Positions 48,997 to 59,770 of a DNA stretch of 64,000 nt are shown here, piece by piece. The DNA comes from Trichodelitschia bisporula. Taxonomy: Eukaryota. The position numbers and the translations under genes are program-made. The notes below the pieces were generated by a model, which made no database searches, was not told where the DNA came from, and saw nothing but the letters and a program-made list of their open reading frames with translations. The stretch is taken from assembly GCA_010356995.1 (NCBI GenBank), contig ML996705.1, positions 496,001-560,000 of the forward strand. Reading direction: 5' to 3'. Every line of letters starts with the position of its first letter. Positions within the stretch are counted from its first letter, which is position 1.

Positions 48997-51129
48997 TGAG
49001 ACGTCCTTCATTGCGGAGGCAGAACGGAGAGAGAAGGAAAGGTTAAGACATAAACAGGACGACGGAGGGGAAAGGAACGACTAGAGTAATCCGTAGAGAT
49101 CGTGAGTAATCGTAAGGAGAGATGACAAGGAAAGGAAGGTATCAGGTCAGGAGAAGCGCAAACGAGTCGCCGTCAACCCAGCTTTTAGTTGAGGACACTC
49201 CAGGAGTGGAAGAGGAGGCGCCACACCCCTCGTGGGTTGACACCCACAAGGGGCTGGCTGGAGTCCATATCTTGACCAATTATGAGGCTGCCCCCTCTTG
49301 GATGCGCGGGGCCTGCGTTCGTGAAAAGGGGAGCCCGGTCTAGAAGGCATGGCGGCTGTTACCCGTAAGCCTTTTCATAGGCCGGCCCTACAGACTGCAG
49401 GGGGCAAGCCACGAGCAATATGCGGGAACACCAGGCGAGAACGAGCAGCTCTTCAACATCTACGAAGTATATCGGCACTCTTGGTGATCAGATGACGTTC
49501 TGCTTTACCTGATCAGCAAACAGCACTCTTTGCTCTTCTTTCAGTCCGCTCACGATGATCGGGACAAACGTAATGACATACTGCTGTGTGGGAGCACAGG
49601 CCTGATAGGCTCCTCCGCAGCTGCCAGGAGCTGAATCGATATCACGCTCCTAGCCTCTGCAGATTGGCGAGGTTGGCTTGATAGGAGCGGGAAGTCTGGA
49701 AGCGCTCCAAAAAGGGGATTTGAAGTGGCGCTTTCGCTTGATATCGCTTGATATTGCGATTTACTACGCCAAAATGCCATCATGAGCCTCTTCGGTTTCC
49801 CGTCATTAACGGACGAAGTGACCCTGAATCCCCAAACTTCGACCCTAAATCTAGCAAGAACTTAACGGTGGAGGGCCACTTCCTAGCTCAAACCCTTTCT
49901 CCATCAAAAACCTAGCATTCTCAACCATCTCTCGACTTCCACCAAATCCTATCAGCAGGTTCACCGCCGCCGAAAGCCGCGTCTTCGCCCGTCCATTTTG
50001 GCAGCATCTCCATCATCTCCAGCATTTCAAACGCGACAGTAAACACGAAGTATTCCATCGAACCAAACCCTTCTCCGTCCACGTCAGTGGTGCGCGTTCT
50101 CAAACGGATCTGCGAAACAGACGTGCATCGACCTCACCTTCCGGGCTTCAGAGCGAACGATCGGTCCCTACGGTACATCCATAGCACCATCCATCCTGGC
50201 TCCCGCATCTGCCGGCATTGTCCTTGGTCCAACGAGGTCCAGCCGATCGCTATTAGCATCCATACAAAACTAGCAAGTCGTCATGTCCTCCTCGGCGATC
50301 GCCAGTACCCTCCAAGCCTTTAGCAGCAGCACTAACATGCGGCTCGGAGCGGGAAGCTCGTGAAACAAGTGGCGTTTCATGCTGCAGAAAATCTCCAAAC
50401 ACACCGAAAAGCAGCTTTACATGCTCAGGAAGAGAGCATCATTGTTCAGTAGAAGATGAGATCGCTGAAGTCTGGCGGAAGGCAGTCGAGGAATCCCGAA
50501 GCTGTGCACAGGTCTTCATGCCTACACAGTAGTTTTCTGGACGTGATGACCTCGCGAAAACTTGCCCACGGGGAGAGACACTGGCGGAATGCCGATCCCC
50601 GCTTTGAAGCCGCCGTCGGTTGAGCTGGTCTGAGCAGCGGCTTGGTGTGGGGTGCTCGGGAATTTGGTTGTGCTAATTCGGAGGTCTCTCCGGGAAATAC
50701 CTGGGGGCAGGAGCAGCTCCGCTTCAATCCGGCGATAGATCGGTTCTCCCGGCAGGCTAAACTCCAACATCCAAACTTTGGCGTTTTATAAGGCTTGTCA
50801 TTCAGCTAATTGGCTGCCAATAGTATCCAGAAACAGCAGATAGCCACTTCAGATCCATTGAGCATTAACTCCGAAGCGAACCCGCGAACTAAGTCGAGCT
50901 TCATCCCCGCCCGAGTCGTAGAATACTCCCCAGCTGCCGTAAACTGCTACAGTACAGAGACCTTTTTGACGCAGGTCATAGTCCGATTACCACCGCGGAT
51001 CGATGAATGCTACCCAAGCACAGCCCATCGGCCCGCCAGCCGCCCGATATCCAATCCCGACGGCCCCAATCCAAACCTCAAGCTCACAAACCTGCACTCA
51101 TTCCCAATCAGTCACACTTTCAACTCTTA

Positions 51130-51957
51130 TCAATGCATCTGCTGCCCCGCTCCTCCACGATACGTTGTATCATACCCAAACTGCTCCTCAGGCACCGCAT
51201 ACCCACTATGCGCACGCCCCACCCCCTGCTGCGCATTATACCCCGCCAGACCCTGATGACTCGCATTCAGCGGCGCCATCATAACCGGCGTATGTGCCGC
51301 AGGCTTATTATCCGGATCATGCATAGCATTGTACTTGCCCAGGCGAGTCGCGCGCTTGAACACGTAGATATCAAGCAGGAATGCCAGGGACGTGGACACA
51401 CTGGGGCGGTTAGCTTGGCCTGGTATATGCCGCTGGGGATCGGGGGGGGGACTCACAATCCAACAATGGTAAAAGCAAACAGCGCCTTGTAGATCCGGCA
51501 CACCATCACGCCGACATCATCGTTCCACCGCGGCGCGGCGCACGCATCGCGCAAAGTCCCGCTGGCCCACCAGCTTAGTAAAGAGAAGCCCAGCGCCCAG
51601 AGGACGAAGAGTGTGAGGTTGAAGGCGAGGTTTAGGCGTGGGTTGAGGCCGAAGCAGCAGTGGAGGATGATGGTGGTGGTGAGGACGGCGACGGTGAGGA
51701 GGGAGACGGACATGAGCTGTGATGTTAGCGGGGCTGGACGATAGGAGGGTTGGATTTAGGGGGAGGGGCGGTGCGGCGCGTACCACGATGAAGGTCCATG
51801 GCGTGGGCCAGTGGTCGTGCGTGAGGTGCCAGATGAAGAAGGACATTATCCCGCCGACGACGAGGGCGGAGAGGAGTTGTGCGGTGCGGAGGGCGTGGAA
51901 GGGGAGGCGGGGGTAGGAGGACGGGGCGACTTTGGTTTTCTTGCTTCGGAGCGTCAT
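51130..51957 (-). CDS. Four-TM MARVEL-like integral membrane protein. Exons 51957-51784, 51716-51457, 51400-51130
   Basis: FHALRTAQLLSALVVGGIMSFF...PWTFIV|LMSVSLLT...LFVLWALGFSLL...C...W...CRIYKALFAFTIVGF|VSTSLAFLLDI...GKY. Canonical splice sites; four hydrophobic helices and a cytosolic tail. Confidence 0.8.
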
Positions 51958-52753
51958 GGTTGCGGTGTCGTGGGGGAGGCGCTGGGGGGGGTGTCGATAT
52001 ACGGCGCTATCTTAATGCGACGGAGCGGGTCTCGGTGAAGGAGTGAGGGTCGCGAAGCTACCAGGCCGCGAGCTAGAGATGGAATGCTGTGCGAGCGTTG
52101 GAGTTGGGGAGAGATCGCAGTGTTGCGGTCTCGAGAGCTGGAGGTTGCACAGCCCGGCGCGCTTCAGCATGCTTGGCTCTTGGATGAGACTGGCGTGGAT
52201 TGGATCTAGGCTCGCCCCGTGGCGCTGGTGGTCGTGACACTGGAGGGCAGCCACCAATAGGGCAAGATCGTGTTTGCAGCCCCCAAATATTTTTCAATCA
52301 CTGGGATTCAGATAGAGGCTCAGCCGCACGAGTCTGGAGGTTCAAACTGGTAATGTTAACGATTTTAGCTGGGATTTAAAAGAGAGCAGTTAAAACTGTG
52401 TAACCTCCAAGTTAGATGGCCTGAATGTCAGCCTTGTTTAGCGATTGTCTCACCATTTGCTCTAGGTTCAGGAGGCTGAAATGCCTTGGCTTCATGATGG
52501 GGCGCATCATGAAGATGGGGTCGGTATCGGGATGGAAAGCCACAGTTGGGCCCAATATTTATCCTAACCCACGCGCGGACAATTTGGTCGAATGTCATCA
52601 GAGCCTCCATTTTCAGGCGTGTCATACAGCACTTCGAACGAACAAAAGAGAAGAGAACGAGTAATGGCATTAAACAAACGTGTTATGGTATGTTGAGAGA
52701 CATGTGCCTTTCCCGAGACTCCAGAAGCTCACTCTCAATTAGCATTACCAGCC

Positions 52754-55194
52754 TTATAACAGCACCGCAAGTCCAATGGACCCGATGACGGTCATATACA
52801 AGCACCAGACCAAGCTATCATCCGGCATTGCCACCAGCCCGCCAGCAGCAAGGGATTTCGGCTTCCGAGTTGCCGATGGCGGTCCCTTGGAACCAGCATT
52901 TCCGCTCCCAAATTCGCCATTATCTCCAGTACTTGAGCCTCCGACCACACTCGTTCCTTCCACCAACTCGGTTCCCACTGTCTTAACGGAGACAGCAGCA
53001 CTCCCGTCAAGCAAAAGCCCCCCCGGCGCAACGGAATAAGTGTGGCCAGCAGTCTTATACGCCGCGCCGCCAGCCGATAGAGTCAGCGTCCCAATCACCA
53101 GAACATCGGACTGCCCCGCAGGCCGCAATGCAGAAACCGGTCTTCCAGCCAGACCCACCACAACGGAATATCCGATTTGTTGCTGGTCTGCACCCGGTGA
53201 AGCCAGAGCAAGGAAGGAGGATCCGATCACCAATCCGCTTGCTGCTAGCGAGATCGTATGGCCTTGGATTACGGCGTGGGCTCCTCCAGCAGAAAGTATG
53301 GCTGAGTTCACCCGGAGCTGGAGCGGGAAGCCTGGATCGTAGGCTAGTGTAACGGGCTGGGGGCCGAGGGTTACAATGGTCTTGAATGGCGCGGTGGCTG
53401 GTTGTTGGGCTCGGGTGGTTCCCCTCGCTGGTGGATTTGGGCGGTTGAGACCGGCATCTGAGAGACCGTCCCATTCCTCGACCCAGTTCGGTCCTTGGGG
53501 GGAGCCATCGGATGAGCCACCGGACCAGCCATCGGATGAGCCATCGGATGAACCACCGAATGAGCCACCGAACGAGCCACCGGGTGAGCCACCGGATGAG
53601 CCCCCGAACGAGCCATCGGGTGAGCCACCGGATGAGCCACCGGATGAGCCATCGGACGAGCCATCGGACGAGCCATCTGGATTGGGAATATTGTCGATAA
53701 TGGTGGAACCTCCAACGGGTCTCACACTCGGCGCCGTGGGACTTGGATGGGCCAGCTTTGGTGAAGAGCCCGGAAGTGCCGTGATTGTTGTGGGCCGTGA
53801 AGTTATGGCAGCGGTTGGGAGTTCGGAAGCCGATACTACTGCCGAAAGAACAATGGGCGGATCTTGGCCCCCCATCGCAAACATGGAGCATCCCGCCCAC
53901 TCAGGAAACAAACTGACCATGGCCGAAGGGATGTCGATTTGGGGGTTGTACCGGCCATCTGTTATCACTGTACAGTGGTCCTTCCAGAAGTAGCAATTCG
54001 TGGTTTGCTCCAAGAACACAGCTGCCGGGACTGGATCGACAAGATGCGCTAGGTTGAATGGCCGGGTAGTCGTTACAAGGTCGGTGTAAATGTCACCGTT
54101 TGAGGCATTGGCGAGGAACTTGGCATAATCCAGCTGCGCGCTGGTGAAGGCAGATCGGATGAAGGCGATGCTGCTCAAACTCTCGGGCGGAACTGCTATT
54201 GCCTGACCGGTTAGAGCGGGCCCAACTTGGCCGCAGCGGTCCCATGCGCCCAGCGTGTCGAAGGCGAGGTACATGGTTGGCGAGGTGAAAGTGAAAGGTC
54301 CTCTGATGACCTCGGAATCAAAGTTAGTGCCTAGAAAGTCAGTGACCATTCCTAACTAAGAACATCCCACTGACCATCGTCCCAAGTGAACGGATCATAC
54401 GTGTGCACAGTGAGCTCGCTCATGGTCGTTACATAGTGCCCGCTATCTGACTGCGGTGCGGTGGCATAGCTTCCAGTGCCATCACTGGCGCAAATGTCAC
54501 TTGCCGTGATATTTGGGGGCCAGTATATCAGTGCAAATTTTCCAACCTGCAGCTCGCACCCAGGAGCCTTCCTGCACAGATCCTTTGGAGGCGAGCAGCC
54601 ATAAAACCTCTTGGTGTATCGCTTTGCAGCGTATTCAAAGCTGGATAGGGACTTGCCCTGAGCGCGGTCCAGTGAGCTCCACTGCTCAGCACAGTCGACT
54701 GGGCCCAAGGTACATGAAGGGGGTTCGTCGGTGAAGGAGCTCCCGGCAGAAGCGAGGCATTGAGTGTTGGTACGCGTGGTCGTTTTCCATGTGAGTGCCG
54801 TGGACGTGAACTTGACTCTCGGAATCCCATCGCAGGCAGTATAGGTAGTTCTCTCGCCAAGAATGGTCGGAGTCGAATCCACAAGCTGGACCACGGTGCA
54901 GTTCATGGTACTCGCGGTAATGTCCAGCGATATCCTGAATTGTCGACTGGCAGTGGCCCAGGAGTTCCATGATGACACACATGGGTCAACAGCGGTGGTG
55001 GAGCTCCCGTTATGGGGAGCATTGGTACCTCCCGATTCTGCTATTGCTGCTTCATTTTGCCGGGAGAGAAGACCGGAGACCGTTGTATTCGCAAGTACTG
55101 TCCGTAATCAGCGATGTGCAATGGATGAAGGTAAGCGCCTACCCAAAGCCGATACGCATTGTGATACTTGGAGCAAAGTCAGTGGCCAATGCAT
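52754..55194 (-). CDS. Uncharacterised secreted, probably GPI-anchored cell-surface protein (Cys-rich N-domain, Gly/Ser repeat linker, beta-rich repeats, hydrophobic C-terminus). Exons 55194-55143, 55097-54375, 54330-52754
   Basis: MHWPLTLLQVSQCVSAL|VLA signal-like start; CDGIPR; C.LQVGKFALIYWP; FTFTSPTMYLAF...CGQVG; two LSAGG.A....GHT.S....GL repeats; C-terminal LVWCLYMTVIGSIGLAVLL. Confidence 0.8.
53502..53677 (-). repeat. 12-bp coding minisatellite, about 14-15 copies, encoding [SPF][DG]GS
   Basis: gagcca[tc]cgga[tc] units on the plus strand; protein DGSSDGSSDGSSGGSSGGSPDGSFGGS... Confidence 0.95.
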
Positions 55195-56132
55195 TCACTT
55201 TCAGATGAAGCACTACCGGTCGTCAGACATGAAAATGAAGAAGAAGCTCTGAATGAGTTTCGACGATCCGAAGACGTGAGGACGATTTGGTGGAAAGCTG
55301 GATCACAATGACATGAATAGACGCGCAGGATCTGCTTTCCTATGGGGTATATTGGGAAGAAACCCAAAGCTCCAAATTGCCACCGTCAGGTTGATGAGGT
55401 GGGCGGGCCATGCGAGTCGTGATAACAGGTTCGCCTATGTTAATACTGTAGCAGCACAGCCGAAGAGTACTGCATTAATGGATTAACCTTGGCAATACTT
55501 ATTTCGAATGGGAGCCAATGCAGCATGTCTTCCGTACTTATTAGGTTCCTGGCGTGCCTGGGTACCTGTGGTTTGAAGCACGCCTACTCGAGCCGACGTG
55601 ATAAAGGTGAAACATCCCATTTGCGGAATGATTCTTGGGAACCATCTAGTCCGACCGAGCCGTCGGCGGGATCCCATAGTAACCGACAAGGCTTGGGCTC
55701 GGCGTTTGGTTACCTTTGGGGAAAGGCACGGCTCTGCAGGCTGTTAGTGGTTAGTTGATTGATCCTCCTACAGGGGCTTATGAAAGCTGAGCGGCGAAGC
55801 CCATGCGGCGCTTAGCCTCCCGTAAGGTCCAACTCAATCGGTCCGCTGTGGCCTCCTGTGTACGAGCATTCGTGCCGTTGTTGGAGGCCGGGTAACCGCA
55901 TCTATGTCTTCTCGCATCATGGTATAAGTCTGGGCTGAATGGTGATGCCCCAAAGTTGTTTGGTGCAAACGCTGGTCACTCATATAGAACTATCATCTGT
56001 CAATGATCTTTTCTCCCAGTGCTGTTGACCATGCTTTCCATTCAAAAGTTACTAACCGTTCTCGGAATGACTACAATCCACTCTTCATATGCTAATCTCG
56101 ATATATCCCGAAATCGCTTCGCATCACCCAGC

Positions 56133-56648
56133 ATGACGTTCCCCACTACCCCCGCGTTCATCGTCTCCGACGCCAAAGGCTGGAAGGACGTCACCGCGCA
56201 CCCCGTGATGGCTTGGATGCAAGAAAGCATGGAACGCATCGCCGACTGGACCGACAGAGACGAACTCGACTACACCATTTTTTTCACCTCGGATTTTAAA
56301 TACCAGAGGATGAACGGGATGACGTACAGCGGGGAGAATGCCTGGATCGAAATTGACGTGATCTACGCGGTTTTCGCTGAGGCCAAACACGAGCCCTCGG
56401 GCACAGTGGTGGCTTGGGAGACGGAGAAGGGCTGGGAAATGATGGGCCAGTTCTTCATGTGGGCCAACCTTCGCGGCCCACCTACGCCGCTCTCTAAAGG
56501 CGACTCGTGGGCGATCGACTCCGAGGGCCGCGAATGGGATAGAACCGGGCTAGCGATGTTCTACTTCAAGTTTGTGAAGGACCCTTCGGCGCTGCATGGT
56601 GGACTGCATATCAATGAGTGCAGGATGTGGGCGGAGTGGGAGGTATAG
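56133..56648 (+). CDS. Hypothetical fungal protein, probably NTF2/SnoaL-like fold
   Basis: ORF of 171 aa in a good start context (CAGCATGAC) with a globular, Trp-rich composition (HPVMAWM...FFTSDFKY...GENAW...HEP...WETEKGWEMMGQ...WANL...FYFKFVKD). Fold is inferred only. Confidence 0.65.
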   Translation: MTFPTTPAFIVSDAKGWKDVTAHPVMAWMQESMERIADWTDRDELDYTIFFTSDFKYQRMNGMTYSGENAWIEIDVIYAVFAEAKHEPSGTVVAWETEKGWEMMGQFFMWANLRGPPTPLSKGDSWAIDSEGREWDRTGLAMFYFKFVKDPSALHGGLHINECRMWAEWEV

Positions 56649-57266
56649 CCCGTGGAAGACGACTACCCGTAAGCAGGATATTGAGAGTGCAAAGGGCCTG
56701 GAGATGGTGTTCTTCGGCTACTAGTTCTAGGATCAGTTGCCTTTCCTAGTGGTTCGACATCTTCGACATTCTAGTCCTAAGGTTAGCTGCGTCAGGGAGA
56801 ACAGAACTATGTAATCAGAAGCGTACCTAGTCTCGCCATGACAACGGAGAACCTCAGCATTGCAAGAGAGGTTGTTATGCGTGGGCGCCTCCTTCGGAAG
56901 GCGCAAGGCTGATGGTTAGAGATGCTCGGTCAGATTTGAGCTGAAGGTGAGGTCAAGAAAATGTCACGGAAGGCGTTGGGTGGAGCGAATAGGGAACCAC
57001 ACCTGAGGTCCCCACTTCCGACCCCAGCTCATACCCCGCACACATCGGTCCCAAAAACAGTCCAAGGTGCGCCGGCTAGCCAACACGAGCTTCAGACGTG
57101 CATCAAAATCGTGCAGTCTGGACCCCAACCATCATGGTTGTCCGAACTGAGATGAGTAGTCACCATTAATAAGCCCGCTCATTCATAATCGATGCGCTGA
57201 CTAGCTAAGCATAGCGTTCGGAGGCGAGCTTCGTAAGTCTTGACGCCATACCTTGGCCATCCACAG

Positions 57267-57272
57267 TATATA
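57267..57272 (+). promoter_or_regulatory. TATA-like element about 80 bp upstream of the oxidoreductase ATG
   Basis: CAGTATATATCC. Confidence 0.4.
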
Positions 57273-57351
57273 TCCTTTGCCGGTCGAAAACGGGCGTTAT
57301 TGCATAGCCCCACCTCTACATACCTAGCAACAGGAGCACGTCACTCTCACG

Positions 57352-59225
57352 ATGGCTATCTCACTTGCAATGCCGTGGCACTCAGGCGAGCAGGCCATGC
57401 ACCGGCTCATGAACGTGCCGGAGCATGACAACCCGACCTCTGACAATTTGAACCAGTTCGCCGTCACCAGTTTACATTCAGCACCGCTGATCGCTATCGG
57501 CGCCCTCGACGACGAAGGGCGGCCCTGGACAACGCTCTGGGGCGGCGAAACTCCATTTATGAGCCCGCTAGGGGGATCCGTTATGGGCATAAAGACGGAT
57601 GTCGATGTGGCGTACGACCCGGTGCTGCCGTTTCTAATTCCCGAAGACAAGAGAAAGGCCGGCGATGTGGTAAAGCTGGAAGATGGTGAGGTTGGACGGG
57701 TGATGAGTGGGCTGGCGACAAACTTGATGACGCGGAGGAGGGTGAAACTCGCGGGTAGGTTCATTGCGGGAGCAGTGGATACCATGGGAGATGAGAATGG
57801 CGGACCTCTTGGTCGTGTGCAGCTAGTACTCAAGATAACCGAAAGCGTCGGTAAGTTTTATGTCTCCAAGATTGATACCAGCAGAGTGCTTACAAGATGA
57901 CAGCCAATTGCCCGAAGTATTTGAACCAGAAGGACATTCGCCCGGCACCATTGAATCCGACACTGGTGCATTCTGGACCCAATTTCCCCCAAGAGGCCCT
58001 CGAGCTCATCAAAAAGGCAGATATGTTCTTCATGTCATCCTCGAATGCAGGCGCCACCATGGACTCCAACCACCGAGGAGGCCCGGCTGGTTTTGTTCGT
58101 GTGATATCAAATGACGAAGATGGCGCAGAGTTGGTGTACCCAGAGTACAGTGGTAACCGCATGTACCAGTCTCTTGGGAATCTCTTGAACACTCCACTGA
58201 TCGGCATTGTCATTCCAGACTATGACACTGGAGATGCTCTTTACCTGACGGGCACAACCACCATTCTTCCCGGAGAAGAAGCGGCACGCGTTCTCCCCCG
58301 CTCAAACTTGGCCGTGAAGATCAAAGTAACCGAAAGCCGGTTCATCAAACAAGCACTGCCGTTCCGCGGCATTCCCGGCGAGCAGTCGCCATACAACCCA
58401 GCCGTGCGGGCGCTGGCAAGCGAGGGAAACATCGCCAGCCAGTTCCAGGCTCCATCGAACCGTGCGCAGATTGTGGAAAAGATTGTCTTGGGTCCAACAG
58501 TCTCTCGCTATCGGCTCAAGCTGGCCAGTCCCGTCACGTACAAGGCTGGCCAGTGGGTGGCACTGGATTTTTCCGAGGAACTGGACATCGGATACAGCCA
58601 CATGCGAAATGACGACCCAACGAGCCTGAATGACGACTTCATCAGGACATTTACTATATCTTCGCCGCCACAAGGCTCGGATGAAGCCCCGCAGCAGGAG
58701 CTTGAAGTCACCCTCCGCGATCACGGTCCTGTTACAAAGTTTCTGCAAAGGCTCAACATTAAACGTGGTTTCGACGTTCCTGTCCGCGGCATTGGCGGAG
58801 AGTTCGTCATCAAAACACCTGGGGACGGAGGCGTTATTCCCTTCGTTGCGGGCGGGGTTGGGATAACCCCGCTTCTAGGCCAGCTCCCTTCCCTGGACCT
58901 GAGCCAGCTCCGACTGATCTGGATCACGAAAGTTGAAGACGCAGGATTCGTCCTCGATACGTTCAAGCTGTATGAGGGGCTGTCCGCGGTAACCACCCTC
59001 TTTTTCACTGGAAAGTCAAGCACCAGTTTGAGTGCCGATGACGAGAAAAAGATTGAAACGATTCGTCAATCGGGGGCACGTGCGGAGATTCGGAGGCCGA
59101 CCAAAGCAGACTTTGAGGCCGTAGATGCGCAGACGTGGTACCTATGTGCTGGTAAAGCATTGAGGAACAGACTGATGGAATGGCTGGCCGAACATACTGT
59201 TCTATTCGAGAATTTTGACTACTGA
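57352..59225 (+). CDS. Oxidoreductase fusion: two pyridoxamine-5'-phosphate-oxidase-like FMN-binding barrels plus a ferredoxin-reductase-type FAD/NAD-binding module. Intron 57851-57903
   Basis: PWHSGE; GALDDEGRPWTTLWGG; RRRVKLAG; ANCPKYLN; DSNHRGGPAGFVRV; YPEYSGNRMYQSLGNL; AGQWVALDF; RTFTISS; FVAGGVGITP; WYLCAG; ENFDY*. Confidence 0.92.
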
Positions 59226-59770
59226 AGCTCCATCGAAATTATACGGCTTCTGAGGCATTGTATGGCAATCAGCCTTGTTTGCGATGCGTGAACCTCATAG
59301 GAGTGTCCATTGACGGAGACAGCTGCTAAGTGAGGGCTTTAGGGAACGTTAGAGGTAGCCAAAAGCACATTTAATTGCAGCATCCTGTCTGTACTTTGCC
59401 TTGAAGCAGCCACATTCCAGAAGTGAAGAGGGCAGATGGTATGTCACAGTGAGGTGATGTTGTTGCAGTGCCGTTATTTCTTTTCCCAGTCTGGCCCGTG
59501 CGCCTTTCCAGGCTTGGCGTCGCCAGGGCAATTCTTTGCCAGTGGCAGGAGCTTCGACCACAACTGCCCGACGTGAATGCCACAAGCAAAGTCAAGCACC
59601 ATCGACTTGCAAACTACAACTTCACTTCTTTCTTCTTCATCGTCATCCCCACAACCCCCACAACCCCTCAATATCTCTGCAGCTGTCCCATCTGTGCCTT
59701 TTCCATAGAGTCATCCTCTGCCTTCCTCTAAATCCCCTCAGCTTCGCCGTTCTACGGACTCACCTGCCAC

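Noticed and set aside
53376..53993. Plus-strand 205-aa ORF with PDEP/PSDE repeats, and other frames over the same minisatellite
   Set aside because: Antisense or alternative-frame shadow of the 12-bp repeat in the minus-strand surface-protein gene.
43661..59225. Possible secondary-metabolite cluster (MFS, acyltransferase, NTF2-like, oxidoreductase)
   Set aside because: No PKS, NRPS, terpene synthase or other core enzyme in the window, and the genes are interspersed with unrelated membrane or cell-wall genes.
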